In this document: piece by piece, positions 26,258-38,399 of the stretch
How the letters are laid out: every line of letters begins with the position of its first letter
Position numbering within the stretch: position 1 is the first letter of the stretch
Source: Squalus acanthias
Taxonomy: Eukaryota
Length of the DNA: 64,000 bases
NCBI GenBank assembly: GCA_030390025.1
Contig: CM059438.1
Coordinates: 68,636,001-68,700,000, forward strand
Direction of reading: 5' to 3'
Position numbers and translations under genes: made by a program
The notes under the pieces: generated by a model
What the model was told of the DNA's origin: nothing
The model's input: the letters and a program-made list of their open reading frames with translations, nothing else
Databases searched by the model: none

Positions 26258-27022
26258 GGCCCGGATTTTGTGGGAATTAAGGATTGTGCCGCCGGCACAC
26301 GAACCACATGCGCACTTGCCTGTTGCGAGGCCCCAAACGAACAGTTGCTGTCAGACGCTGCGGAGTTGAGCACAGCGTAGTGGCCCACGGATCCCAGGGG
26401 CGCACCGTGTGCGCAATCGTACCTGGGATCACGTGGGCCGGTGCTCCAATCAGCAAACAGAAGGTCTCGTAGAACTTGCGTATTAACATTGCCAGTGCAG
26501 TGGTTTCTGCTGCAAAGTATTTGTTAAGAGCTGCAAGAATGACTCTCATGCTGACATCTAAGAGTTATGAATGCAGAAACATGCAGAACTGCACAATATT
26601 TCTCTTGTTATTTGTTGAGTTAATCCCCAACTAAATTAACCTTTAAATCATGACAAGTAGTGGACACCATAGACAAAATCCTATGGGTCATATGTAAATG
26701 CTTCCATTTCCGATCTCATATAGCTTTTCAAATTATCTGGATTTGTCAGGAGGTTCTCCCTTACGCTGTGTAAACAGGCCCGGTGCCTGTTTGCACCAGC
26801 TGTAAAATTTTCTACATAATTGCTGGGCAGCCAGTGGGCAATTAGCCCAACTCTGCGCCAGCAATTAGAATTTCCCCATCAGTGCGGATCATCTGTCAAG
26901 TCGGAACTTGACAGATCACAAGTTCGGGATTTAGCGCATGCCCACACTTGCTGTCCATTTCAAAGGCAGTATGACGGCGTACTCTGAGAGTATGCCGTCA
27001 TACCCACCACAAAATCCGAGCC
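26258..27022. mobile_element. PIF/Harbinger MITE, hairpin-rich family
   Basis: TIR GGCCCGGATTTTGTGG / CCACAAAATCCGAGCC; TSD AAT/AAT; homologous in opposite orientation to 29187-29945. Confidence 0.88.
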
Positions 27023-29186
27023 AATATTATTTCCTTTAGTGAATACTGGCAGGAATATTATTTTTAACATTTCAACTATTTTATTATCTTTAGTTCCATT
27101 GCTACTTTTAGCTTATAGAATTCTAAAATCCACTCTAATTGCTCTTTAACATTTATGATACTAGATTTTTTTATATTACGTTTAGCATCATTTACTATAT
27201 TAATCACTAAAGTCCTCTTTGTACTATTAGTGCCTGTTTAAATCTGTTTCAACAAAACTCTATACTCCTGTCAGAATTCCATCCCTCTTCCTTCCTGTAG
27301 ATGTCACATGTTTTTTTCTTTGTTCCCATTTTAAATAACCATTTATTTGTTTTCGAGATTGCTCATTTATCTTACCCTTTCTTTTCTTACGTATATAATT
27401 ATACTATATACTCAACATTAAAATGTTATTTTTTCCTTAATTGAGCTATCCTTGAGCAATATTTCTCCATTCATTTATTTTAATTCTTTCCTTATTCCTT
27501 TTTTTAAAATCATTTATTTTTGCCTTGATCATGAACGATACTGATTGATAGCTAATTTGAAATGTCATCTCGTTGCATTCACTGGTCCCTTGGGTTCTCA
27601 TTACTTTAATATTTAACGGTATTATATTATGAAACTGCTTTTTGTGTGTGTATCAGTCACTTCTAATTACAACTACACATATCTCTTGTCTGATATATAA
27701 GCAGGTAAGATCTAATAGGTCAGTACAGTAAGCAATCAAATCAAGCTGCTTGCTAAATCAGTTGTAACCACCTCAAATTGTTTTTATTTATACTTACAAT
27801 GCAAAACTTCTTGAAACCTTAATGATGATGAACGAGTTAGTTCTGTCGCAAAATTGAGGTTGATGTACACAGTTTTTTTCCGACCAATTTTTATTTTCTG
27901 TAACCTTTTGCAACTGTTATAGAATTTACAGCACAGCTCAAATAAACGACCCACTATTAAATCCACAAATGATCAGGCTGTTTACCAACGCAATGTTAAC
28001 AACGATTTACAGTTTGATCGTAACAAATGTGTCCGAGACACATAATAAAGGAGCTCTGAGTCAAAGGTCCACAGAACATGACATCCAAACAATTATTATT
28101 CTCAGTGGAGCTTGATGCCTATCAGCAGAACTGGGAAGTTATGCTTCAATCAGACCGAACTTGCATAGGAAGGATGCTCTGTATATAATCAGATTTTGGG
28201 AGAGGAGAGGTTGAATATCATATTTTATGAGTTTGATCATTTTTGCACAAAAAAGGATTTGGGGAATAAGAGTTGCATTTAACAGTTGTGTTTTAACAAA
28301 ACGTGTAATCACACAAGTTTAAAAAAGCATTGATTCGAAGGGTGTTTGAAAATCTAGTGAGCTAGGCTACAACATTGTTTTCGCCAAAGACTGCAAACAA
28401 AAAACAATATTTTAGTGTGTTACAGTAATCGATCAGCACCTCACACCTATTGTGTTGGGAGGTCACTTGCCCTGAGCATTTAGCAGGATAGTCTGGCATA
28501 TGTTCTCCTCTCGAGTTGTGAACATGGAGACGATACACAGAGACAGAGGCATGCACAGTCAGGTTTTTAAACAGAAAGCTGCGAGAGCAAGCATTTGCCA
28601 GTTTTAGAAGGTTAAAATGCAGTGTATTAGTTAAAGCTTATTTTAAGTCAATCAAGGTGACCCACTGATGTGGGGAAACGTAGTATGTTCATTATTTTTT
28701 ATTATTACATGAATGCAAGTTGTACTGATTGAACTAAGTGAATCTGATCATCGTTATGCTGCTGTATGTTTCCTTGCTAAGTGTGAAACAAAGCAGGTTA
28801 TTGATTTGAATCCAGCCTCGTTTTATCAAGTGTTTCCGTGTTCCACTTTCAAAAAGATTGAAGGAGCAGATGTGAGGGCATGAGCAAAAGACATACCATC
28901 TGGTTCATATGTCAAGGGGACACATTGTTACATCCCCTGGGTTATGCGATTGTATAAGTAGATGTTAGGTAGTATGAGCACACTCCTAAGTGTCAGATGC
29001 TCCGATTGCATACTGGAGTGACCTGAGAGAATATCTAAGGCAAGATCTTGAACTTGTAACAGTAAAGCTGTTGGCCAAAAACCTATCAGTATTCATTAAA
29101 ATGAGATTTGGTGCATGTGATGTTTAAGGTCTTCATTGATGAACTTGAATGAACAAGTGCTCATATTCACCAAGATGGAAGAGATA

Positions 29187-29945
29187 GGCCCAGATATTCC
29201 GATCCCTACGGGTGTGTACGCGCTGTGTACCCACCCGTAGGGACATTGGAAATGCCGGTTCCAGGCATGCACAGCGCATGCGCTGGAAACCGGCATTTCC
29301 GGTCTGTCAAGAATGCTCTTGACAGATCCTTCGGCTGCCCTGGAGAAGGGCCTCTGCGGGCGGATAGTTCCGCTTTTTGGAGACCCTCCGCCCGCAGAAA
29401 ACCCTTACAATTCTTACGCCTGGTAAAAGCAGGTGTACGGCCTGCTTTTACCAGGATAAGAGTTGAAAAAAAGTTTAAAAAAAATTTTTTCACTGATTTA
29501 TCATTTAAAAATACTTTAAAAAAAGATAAGTTTATTTTTAGCCCTGTAAAAAACTTTAATTATTTTTTCAAAAATTTAAATTTTTGTTTAAAATATTTAA
29601 TGTATTGTCATTTCAAGTCATTTTAAAAATGTGATTTAAAAAAAAAATTTACTTAAAGTTTTACTATGTTTTTGGGGGTGATCTCCATTCATATATTTGA
29701 CAGGTCTTCCTGTCAAGTGTATGAAGGGAGATTCCCTTCTTTGATTGGCTCCCCATGGCCCACGTGATCCCAGGAACACTGCGAACTACGTGCGCCTCTG
29801 GGATACGTGGGCCCTGCGCACTTGGAGTTTGGAGAGGCCCAGGATCGGAAGTGTGTGCGTCCCGGGAGCCCTCAGGTAAGGGCGTCGATTTTTCCAGATC
29901 GCAGGCCTCCGCACGCAGGAGGCCTGCGATTGGAAAATACGAGCC
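29187..29945. mobile_element. PIF/Harbinger MITE, hairpin-rich family with AT-rich centre
   Basis: TIR GGCCCAGATATTCCGATC / GATTGGAAAATACGAGCC; TSD ATA/ATA. Confidence 0.88.
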
Positions 29946-30689
29946 ATAATGTTTAAGATAAAGATGGAAGCAGGAATACAATAAGAGCTTCAAACCAGAG
30001 CAAGCTTACTTACAGTGGGCACTGTTGGGCTGGGGGGCCACCAACAATGTTACTCAACAACAATCTTCCTTCTAGATTTGATGCTGAATGGCTCATCACT
30101 GATTGACAGGGCTGGACCTACCACAGTACTTTGTCAATCATCACGTCTTCTCAATTGTTTAATAAATAATCAGGATTTGCAATCAGTATTTAGCCAATGT
30201 CGAGTGGCAAATTTTACTGCTACGTCCAAAAATGGATGTCCAGAGCAAGGAAACAGAAAAGAAAAATTGGCTGAGTGAAAGATATTTAAAAATAGAAAAA
30301 AAGTCACAACGGGCATTATAGAGCAGCTAGTTGGGGGAAGAAAATGTAAGGGCAGAGAGAGGATAAAAGAGCAAAAGGGAATAACGGGGTGAGCAAAGAT
30401 CATTTTCCAATTATGCTAAAAGGTGCTTTAGTTGTGTACGATTTACAGTGCCATCAATAAAGCTTTCCTTTGTTTGGCTGTGTTTTTCCCCCAGAGTGAG
30501 CTGAAAATGAGCAAGATCAGTCAGCTCAATGAGATAGCAGCCTCATTGCACCTATCAGAGGTTTGAGTGTTGAATGCTTTCTTATCAATGGAAGGGTATA
30601 TTTGGAATAAACCACTGGAATTGAGGGGGACACATCGGGTGAAAGTATTCTTAGCATCATAGAAACATGGCTGTGAGCATGGATGCAAA

Positions 30690-31580
30690 GTGAGAGGGAA
30701 GATTAATTTGCAAAGGGGGTCTATGGAGCTGGTTGGCGGAAGGACATTTTTGTAAGAGGAAAAGGTGGAAATAATTGTAAAAATAAGCATGCCAGAAATC
30801 ATTTGTGTAGAACTTAGTCATATGGGGAACAAAGTAATAATTGGCAACTGTCCAGCTCAATAATTAACTTGCTCAAGGTCAATGGGCAGTTAGGGAATTG
30901 TTCAGGCACATGAAAGGGGCTGTGGAGAATTGTAAAATAATTAGCAGCGATTTCAGGACCTGAGGGATGAAAAGTGGACAAACGAGTGACAACTGAAAGA
31001 AAGGAGTGAAATCAGGAGTCATTTCATCATGCTAATGAGCAATTGTCTCTGGACACACGTGGAGCATTGTACTAGAATAAATATTATGTTAGATTTCATG
31101 TTTAGCAGCTCACAAGAACTGATTAGTAGTCTGGAAGGAGGGAAACACTTGGATTCTAGCCATCATTTTATAGTAATGTTTAATGCTATCATAAAGTGTA
31201 CAGCCAAAAATAACAATAGGGACATTACAACAACAGAGAAAGTAATGGGGCTCTCACGAGAGGTGTAAAGATCTTTAACCAGCAAATAAAACAACAGCAG
31301 AAAAATGGACATTTTGCATAAGTACATCAAGGAACTGAATATTTAAAATGGTGCAAGAAAACAATGTGCTATGGACTGGGACCCCCACAAAAGGTTAGGC
31401 ACAGAAGAAAGGCGGATAATGAACAGCAGCAAAAGTGATCAAAATAATTCAAGTTAGAAGACCAGATAGGCCTTTTAAGGAGTAAGTTGGATCGAAATAT
31501 TATGGGGTGATCAGGGATTCGCAATATATTGAATGAATTTTTCACCTGACTACAGTTCACGACTGCAGAGACATTCCGAA
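30690..31580 (+). mobile_element. Very old CR1-like ORF2 (APE/tether) remnant
   Basis: TR.NIMLDFMFSS and GKHLDSSHHFIVMF resemble CR1 PTR..ILDL and SDH motifs; heavily decayed. Confidence 0.5.
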
Positions 31581-31644
31581 TCCACTCAAATTAGCCTGGA
31601 AAATTCTAACACACAAAACAGCTAATTAAGTACATGGTTACCTT

Positions 31645-32481
31645 GGGTGCGATTTTGCCAGCCCTGGGGAGGCGGATTTGGAGTCGGGACTGACGGGAAA
31701 ATGGCAGAATCTGGGGGCGGGTACCCATCCCACCCCCAACCCGCCTCCGTGCCATCTTCCCAGGAGCCGACCCGCGCCAGGTCCCATCTCCTGGAGGCGG
31801 GAAGGGAATTACAGCCACTTAACTGCCTGTTAACAGGTAGTTAACAGGTAGTTAAGAGGATTATCCCCATTTTTCCAATAGAGGCGCGGGCTTCCCGACG
31901 TCGGGAAACCCTGCCAGGGTCAACGAGGCGAGCAGTGGGTCTGCGGGGGTCGGAGGGGTGCAAAAGTGCACTGTGAAGGTAAGTGATGGGTGCAAGTGTG
32001 GAGAGGTGAGTATGTGAGGTGAGTGAAAAGTGATAGGAATTGTTTACTTACCTTTGTTTCTTCCTGCAGGCTTCAACAGTTGGGGATGCGGAGAGTCTCG
32101 CATCTCACCGGCAGAGATAACAGATGGCTGCTGCATTCTCCGATGCAACATCCGTCTCATTTCTGCTCACAAAATAGGTTTGATGAGTCTTGAATACAAG
32201 GACTCATCAAACAACATAGAATGTCAGTGTTTGACAGCTTCACAGAGCTATCAAATGATGACAATTCATCTGTTAAAAATTTTTGACAGATGAAACGTCA
32301 TACGCTGACATTCTCTGTAACCGGCTTCCCCTTAATTGGCCTGTTAAGCCTGCTGGGCGGACTTAACAAGATCAGTTAAGGGAAAATAGCGTGGGTTGGC
32401 CAGAAGTCGATGGAGGCGGGACTAAAACCCGACAAGCAGCAGTCCCGCCTCCAACGTGGCCCCATTGACAAAATCTCCCCC
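31645..32481. mobile_element. PIF/Harbinger MITE (ATTTT-end group), uninterrupted copy
   Basis: TIR GGGTGCGATTTTG / CAAAATCTCCCCC; TSD CTT/CTT; closely similar to 43565-44905. Confidence 0.9.
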
Positions 32482-32804
32482 CTTTGGTCTGAAAATTCAT
32501 CAGATTGAATTGTGAAGCCACCAGTAGCTTAAAACAATCAATGGATATTTTACCTTGAATACCACCAAGTTTGATGTTATGTTTAATTCATTGTCCGCAC
32601 AAGGATTTAAATCAGAAATTGTACTGAGATTACATAATACCTTAATCATTGCCTATCAGTTTGGTAGACTTATTTCTGAGGGAGTCAAACCAAGCTTAAT
32701 AGTATCCTTTGCTTACAGCCAGAGCAGTTTGCCTGTGAGATGTTTTTAATGATGTGACACTTAATAGATGAAAATTCAAAATGGCTTCTTAATTCTATTA
32801 GTTT

Positions 32805-32870
32805 TGATGGGCAATAAATGCTGGCCATTGCCAGCAATGCCCACGTCCCACGAGCGAATTAAAAAAAAAG
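32805..32870 (+). mobile_element. Short LINE-like 3' end with A tail, family unresolved
   Basis: GGCAATAAATGCTGGCCATTGCCAGC hairpin followed by an A run. Confidence 0.4.
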
Positions 32871-33103
32871 TTACGGCTCGAATGATGATAGAAAATTATA
32901 ACTATTGTTTTCCCGCCATTTCTACTGTGAATTGTTGGCTCACTTGCTTCATTAAAGGCTTGGTATCCATTACTGCAGCTATTAGTGGTGAGGGCGAAAG
33001 CAAACCGATGGTAATTTTGGCCAACTTCAGTTAGTCCCCCCAGGCCAAAAGTTATCATCAAATCCTTCCACAGCTACTGCAAGTAAGAAAGTCCATGCTT
33101 TTA

Positions 33104-33348
33104 TCATAGAATCATACAGCACAGAGGAGGCCATTCGGCCCATTGTGCCTGTGCTAGCAGTTGGAAATAGCTAGCCAATTAGTCCCACTCCGCTGCTCAT
33201 TCCTCATAGTCCTTTTCAGGCATTTAACCAATTCCTTTTTGAAAGCAACTATTGCGTCTGCGTCCACCACCCTTTCAGGCAGTGCATTGCAGATCATAAC
33301 AATAAATTCTCCTCATCTCCCCTCTGGTTCTTTTGCCAATTATCTTAC
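33104..33348 (-). mobile_element. CR1 3' end fragment
   Basis: TCATAGAATCATA tail and GGCCATTCGGCCC stem, as in CR1-B. Confidence 0.75.
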
Positions 33349-34397
33349 ATTTGGTGCTGAAATCTTGAGTGAGAGTTGCATAAATAGAGCATCTGAGAAT
33401 GTTAGTGAGAGCTTCAAGCTTTGAGTAGGATGCGTTTCATTCGTATGCAATTTAAAAAAAAAAAATGGAAACTCCGAAAGATGTGATCACTGTCAGTGCG
33501 AGAACTATTATGCAGACTGAAAAATCTTCGAATTAAATTGGACAGGCGGTTACGAAAGCATGTACACTTGCCCCAGACCTGGATTTATATTGAACCCAGC
33601 ATTCGGCATTTGGATTAGACGTGTCTTTGCTCACCAAACAGAGGATTGCTGAGGAGGATATACTATACCTATCAAATTCCTTACAAAGGATCTGGTGTGA
33701 AAAGGATGCTTATGTATCATGTCACGTGATTAATTAGGATTATTTTTTTTCTTACAGCAGATGTGGGTAAATCCTGGCATCCGATACTGTCCAACAATTA
33801 CACAGTATCCGCCAACTATATGGTGAAAGAATGCACCTGAGAGAGAGTATCCTCCAAGGAAGTGATATGACTGAGAAAAATATTAGTTTATAAGGAAATC
33901 CCCAGTTCTTGGGAAGAAATATTAATCCAACACTGTCAAAATAAAAGTGAGTGTTAATTCTATTATTAACTGACAAGACAACACATTTTTGTTGAAATAA
34001 CAGATAGCTTCAAACTGATCTTTTGTAACGTCAAAGTCATTCACAGTAAAATATAAATCCCTATGTTATTTTAAATTATGACTTTTTATCAGTGAAAACA
34101 TGTTAAGTGTTCAGATCAATCTGCAGCCAAAGCTTTAACTGATTACAGTACAATTTTGATTATGGACGACCCACTAGACTGCTTTAGTTCAATAAGCATT
34201 ACAAGTCAAATTGTTGCAGTAAATTGTGGGGTTTTTTTCTGGATGGTATCAGATACCATTAACTCTCATACAATTCTTTATTATTTTTCAGTGTGGGTTT
34301 TTTTGTCAAGGTTTCCACACCCCCCCCCCCCCGCCCCACCCCTCGAAAAGGCATTGGCTCCTGATGAGGTACAGTTCCACGGACACTGGAAGTCCAA

Positions 34398-36311
34398 ATG
34401 AAGGATAGTATTCGACTAAAAACAAGGGCATATAAGGTAGCGAAATCTAGTGGGAGGACGGAGGATTGGGAAAACTTTAAAAGGCAGCAAAAAATAACAA
34501 AAAGATTGATTAAGAAAGGGAAGATAGATTATGAAAGTAAATTAGCAAAAAATATAAAAACAGATAGTAAGAGTTTTTATAGTTATATAAAAAGAAAAAG
34601 GGTGGCTAAAGTAAATGTTGGTCCCTTAGAGGATGAGACCGGGAAATTAATGGTGGGAAATATGGAGATGGCAAAAACACTGAATGAATATTTTGTATCA
34701 GTCTTTACAGTAGAAGACACTAAGAATATCCCAACACTGGACAAACAGGGGGCTATAGGGGGAGAGGAGCTAAACACGATCAAAATCACTAAGGAAGTGG
34801 TACTCGGTAAAATAATGGGACTCAAGGCGGATAAATCACCTGGACCTGATGGCTTACATCCTAGAGTCTTGAAGGAAGTGGCGGTAGGGATTGTAGATGC
34901 ATTGGTAATAATTTTTCAAAACTCCCTGGATTCCGCTAAGGTCCCGGCAGACTGGAAAACTGCTTTATTTAAAAAGGGCAGTAGACAGAAGGCTGGTAAC
35001 TATAGACCGGTTAGCCTAACATCTGTGGTAGGTAAAATTTTGGAGTCCATTATTAAGGAAACAGTAACAGGACATTTGGATAATCATAATTTAATAGGAC
35101 AAAGTCAGCATGGTTTTACGAAGGGGAAGTCATGTTTGACAAATTTGCTGGAGTTCTTTGAGGAAGTAACATATAGAGTGGATAAAGGGGAACCAGTGGA
35201 CGTAGTGTATTTAGACTTCCAAAAGGCATTTGACAAGGTGCCACACAAAAGATTATTGCTTAAGGTAAAAAATCACGGGATTGGGGGTAATATTCTGGCA
35301 TGGATAGAGGATTGGCTATCTAACAGAAAGCAAAGAGTTGGGATAAATGGTTCATTCTCAGACTGGCAATCAGTAACTAGTGGTGTTCCACAGGGGTCAG
35401 TGCTGGGTCCCCAACTCTTTACAATCTATATTAACGATTTGGAGGAAGGGACCAAGTGTAACATATCAAAATTTGCAGATGATACTAAGATGGGAGGGAA
35501 AGTAGTGAGTGAGGAGGACATAAAAAACCTGCAAGGGGACATAGACAGGCTAAGTAAGTGGGCAGAGATTTGGCAGATGGAATACAACACTGGAAAGTGT
35601 GAGGTGATGCACTTTGGCAGGAAAAATCCTAGAGCAATTTATTATCTTAATGGCAAGAAACTGGAGAGTACTGAAGTGCAAAGGGATCTGGGGGTCCTGG
35701 TGCACGAAACTCAAAAGGTTAGTATGCAGGTGCAGCAAGTGATTAAGAAGGCAAATGGAATGTTGGCTTTCATTGCTAGGGGGATAGAATATAAAAATAG
35801 GGAGGTATTGCTTCAGTTGTACAAGGTATTGGTGAGACCGCACCTGGAATACTGCATACAGTTTTGGTGTCCTTACTTAAGGAAAGACATCCTTGCTCTC
35901 GAGGCAGTGCAAAAAAGGTTCACTCGGTTAATCCCGGGGATGAGGGGGTGGTCATATGAGGAGAGGTTGGGTAGATTGGGACTCTACTCATTGGAGTTCA
36001 GAAGAATGAGAGGCGATCTTATTGAAACATATAAGATTGTGAAGGGGTTGGATCGGGTGGATGCGGGGAGGATGTTCCCGATGACGGGTGAGACGAGAAC
36101 TAGGGGACATAGTCTTAGAATAAGGGGCTGCTCTTTCAAAACTGAGATGAGGAGGAACTACTTCACTCAGAGGGTGGTAGGTCCATGGAATATGCTGCCA
36201 CAAAAAGCTGTAGAAGCTACAACATTAATTAAATTTAAAACAGAAATAGACAGTTTCCTAGAAGTAAAGGGCATTAAGGGTTACGGGGAGCGGGCAGGAA
36301 TTTGGACATGA
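34398..36311 (+). CDS. CR1 ORF2 fragment, 637 aa, uninterrupted reverse transcriptase domain, no endonuclease
   Basis: NYRPVSLTS, QHGF, YLDFQKAFD, GVPQGSVLGP, FADD, RPHLEYC; the ATG lies in the TSD; NVTP is deleted in frame relative to sibling copies. Expression unknown. Confidence 0.75.
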   Translation: MKDSIRLKTRAYKVAKSSGRTEDWENFKRQQKITKRLIKKGKIDYESKLAKNIKTDSKSFYSYIKRKRVAKVNVGPLEDETGKLMVGNMEMAKTLNEYFVSVFTVEDTKNIPTLDKQGAIGGEELNTIKITKEVVLGKIMGLKADKSPGPDGLHPRVLKEVAVGIVDALVIIFQNSLDSAKVPADWKTALFKKGSRQKAGNYRPVSLTSVVGKILESIIKETVTGHLDNHNLIGQSQHGFTKGKSCLTNLLEFFEEVTYRVDKGEPVDVVYLDFQKAFDKVPHKRLLLKVKNHGIGGNILAWIEDWLSNRKQRVGINGSFSDWQSVTSGVPQGSVLGPQLFTIYINDLEEGTKCNISKFADDTKMGGKVVSEEDIKNLQGDIDRLSKWAEIWQMEYNTGKCEVMHFGRKNPRAIYYLNGKKLESTEVQRDLGVLVHETQKVSMQVQQVIKKANGMLAFIARGIEYKNREVLLQLYKVLVRPHLEYCIQFWCPYLRKDILALEAVQKRFTRLIPGMRGWSYEERLGRLGLYSLEFRRMRGDLIETYKIVKGLDRVDAGRMFPMTGETRTRGHSLRIRGCSFKTEMRRNYFTQRVVGPWNMLPQKAVEATTLIKFKTEIDSFLEVKGIKGYGERAGIWT

Positions 36312-36547
36312 GTCTAGGTTCGGATCGGTCATGGCCCTGTGGGTAGTGGAGCGGGCCCAGGGACTGTGTAGCCTGATTCTGCTCCTATTTTGTGTGTGCA
36401 ATTCTGTTAGATGCAGGAGATGGTTCTGTGATAGATAGTAGATTGGCGGTTAGGATCAGATCAGCCATGATCTTATTGAATGGCGGAGCAGGCTCGAGGG
36501 GCCGATTGGCCTACTCCTGCTCCTATTTCTTATGTTCTTATGTTCTT
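34401..36547 (+). mobile_element. Young 5'-truncated CR1 LINE
   Basis: TSD AAATG at 34396-34400 and 36548-36552; tail TTCTTATGTTCTTATGTTCTT. Confidence 0.96.
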
Positions 36548-38399
36548 AAATGGGTTTTCTTGACATGTGTACTTTACCCAAGTGGCTAATTTTAATATGA
36601 CGTATACCCATGAAGAATTCATACATGAATTGGGTGTTGCCAGGCTATTCAATTGCAAGATGCATCATCGCCAAGCCCGATATATCAACACAGAGATTGT
36701 TTGATTCAAAAGTACTTCATTGGCTGCAAAGCACTTTGGCATGTCCTGAGGTCATGAAAGGTGCCATATTCCCTTCCTTCCTTCCTACCTTCCTCAGCCA
36801 GAGAGGCTGAGACCAATTGTAGTGTCCCTACTGTCACCCCAGCTGAGATCAGTAAACTCATCACAGATTTTGAATTAAATATGGGATCCTGTGCTCTGTG
36901 TGGCTCAGTTACGTGTTTTTTTTTTACCAACTCAGCTATTGCGGGAGCTTGGATGATCTTTATTAACCCTGGCCCGTGGTGTGAATATCTGAAATGTTCG
37001 GCTCTCCAAGTTGCTTGCCATTTTGTTGAAGGTGAATGAGCAGTTTATCAACATCAGCTCCATTTCAAATAAGTAACAGCAGGAAATGAATGAAAGAAAA
37101 TGTTCTGTAGCTTGCTTGGTGTGTTTTAACTGCTTGGTATGGGCTATATGTTACAATTCTTCATCAGAACTCACTGTATCTAGTCAAGTACGAATGCAGT
37201 CTAGTGGGCCGTCCATAATCATAAGCAGATAAACCTTTGGCTGACAAATTGACCTGAACATGTTCATTGCCTCAATGTGATTTTACAAAAATGCATGTAA
37301 ATTCAAATAAGATCTTATATTTTACTAAAATGCTTTAGAATCTTTCAGGCAGGAATTTTCTGGGGTCCGTGCGGGCTCGAACGGAGGTGGGTCAGGTGGG
37401 AAAGTTGAAATATCTTGGAGCGGGTCGGGAACCCGCCGTCATCCCGCCCCCACACGCCTTTCACTCGGGCGCGTTTGCCAGAGCGACAGTGACCCAAACG
37501 GCAGAGGCGGGCGACCCAATTTAAAGGATTATTAGCTTTTTGTCAGACTGTTAAGAGTCGTTTTAGCCTTACCTTTCCAATTTTATTGGATGCCCACATG
37601 ACTCACGCTGCTCGGGAACCACATCTGTCAACCTGAGGCGGGAGTTGAGTGGCCATTCATCCAGCTGATTAGTTGACAGCATCAAATGTAGTATAAAAGC
37701 TCCCACCTGATAGCTGATCACTTTCCTTAGACAGAAGCTGTTGCTCACTGCATTGCCAGCACAGATTGAGCTTTCTGCAGGCTGCAAGTCTCTCCAGCAA
37801 AGTCTCCATCCAGTGTCATCGCATTGGAAGAACCTCTCTCACCATTGACAGATTGCTTCTGTCATCTCTACTTCACCTGCCAAGTATTCCATCAACATGG
37901 GTGCCATTTATACTGTCTCACTTTCGTCCTCAGAATCTGACCACGATGAGCCCCAACACCGGCAGCACCAGGCACACCAGCAGCACCAACAGCAACAACA
38001 CCAACCTTCTCCGTAATCACCTGATGTTGCACAGGACAGAGGGCATCAGCACCCGAGCACATTGCTGCCCAGGAGGCCAGGGATTACCTCATCATGGCCA
38101 GATTTACTTAACTTTATGCTGTACACCCATATGGCTGCCACATGATGCGCCAGGTTGGCACCACCCCACACCAACACCATAAAGCATACCCTACAGTGAC
38201 CAAGCCGTTCCTTTCACACTCACCACCATTGCTGGAGGTATCGTTATGTCTCACCATTCACTGCAACTCACTAAGCCACTTCCAAATGTGCACACAAATC
38301 TGTCCAAGATCGGAAAGTGTTGAAAATAAAGATTGTTATGTTTGACAGCACATTAACAGAAATTTTACATAAACATTAGATAAAACACCGAAGTGGCTA

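Larger units (their letters stand above)
34335..36945 (-). mobile_element. Old tRNA-headed SINE-like element in pieces (about 34335-34395, 36553-36690, 36780-36945), interrupted by a CR1 and a Deu-SINE tail (about 36705-36780, + strand)
   Basis: Reverse strand begins AATAGCTGAGTTGGTA (A-box-like); pieces flank the CR1 TSD. Linking of the pieces relies on my memory of a shark repeat. Confidence 0.4.
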
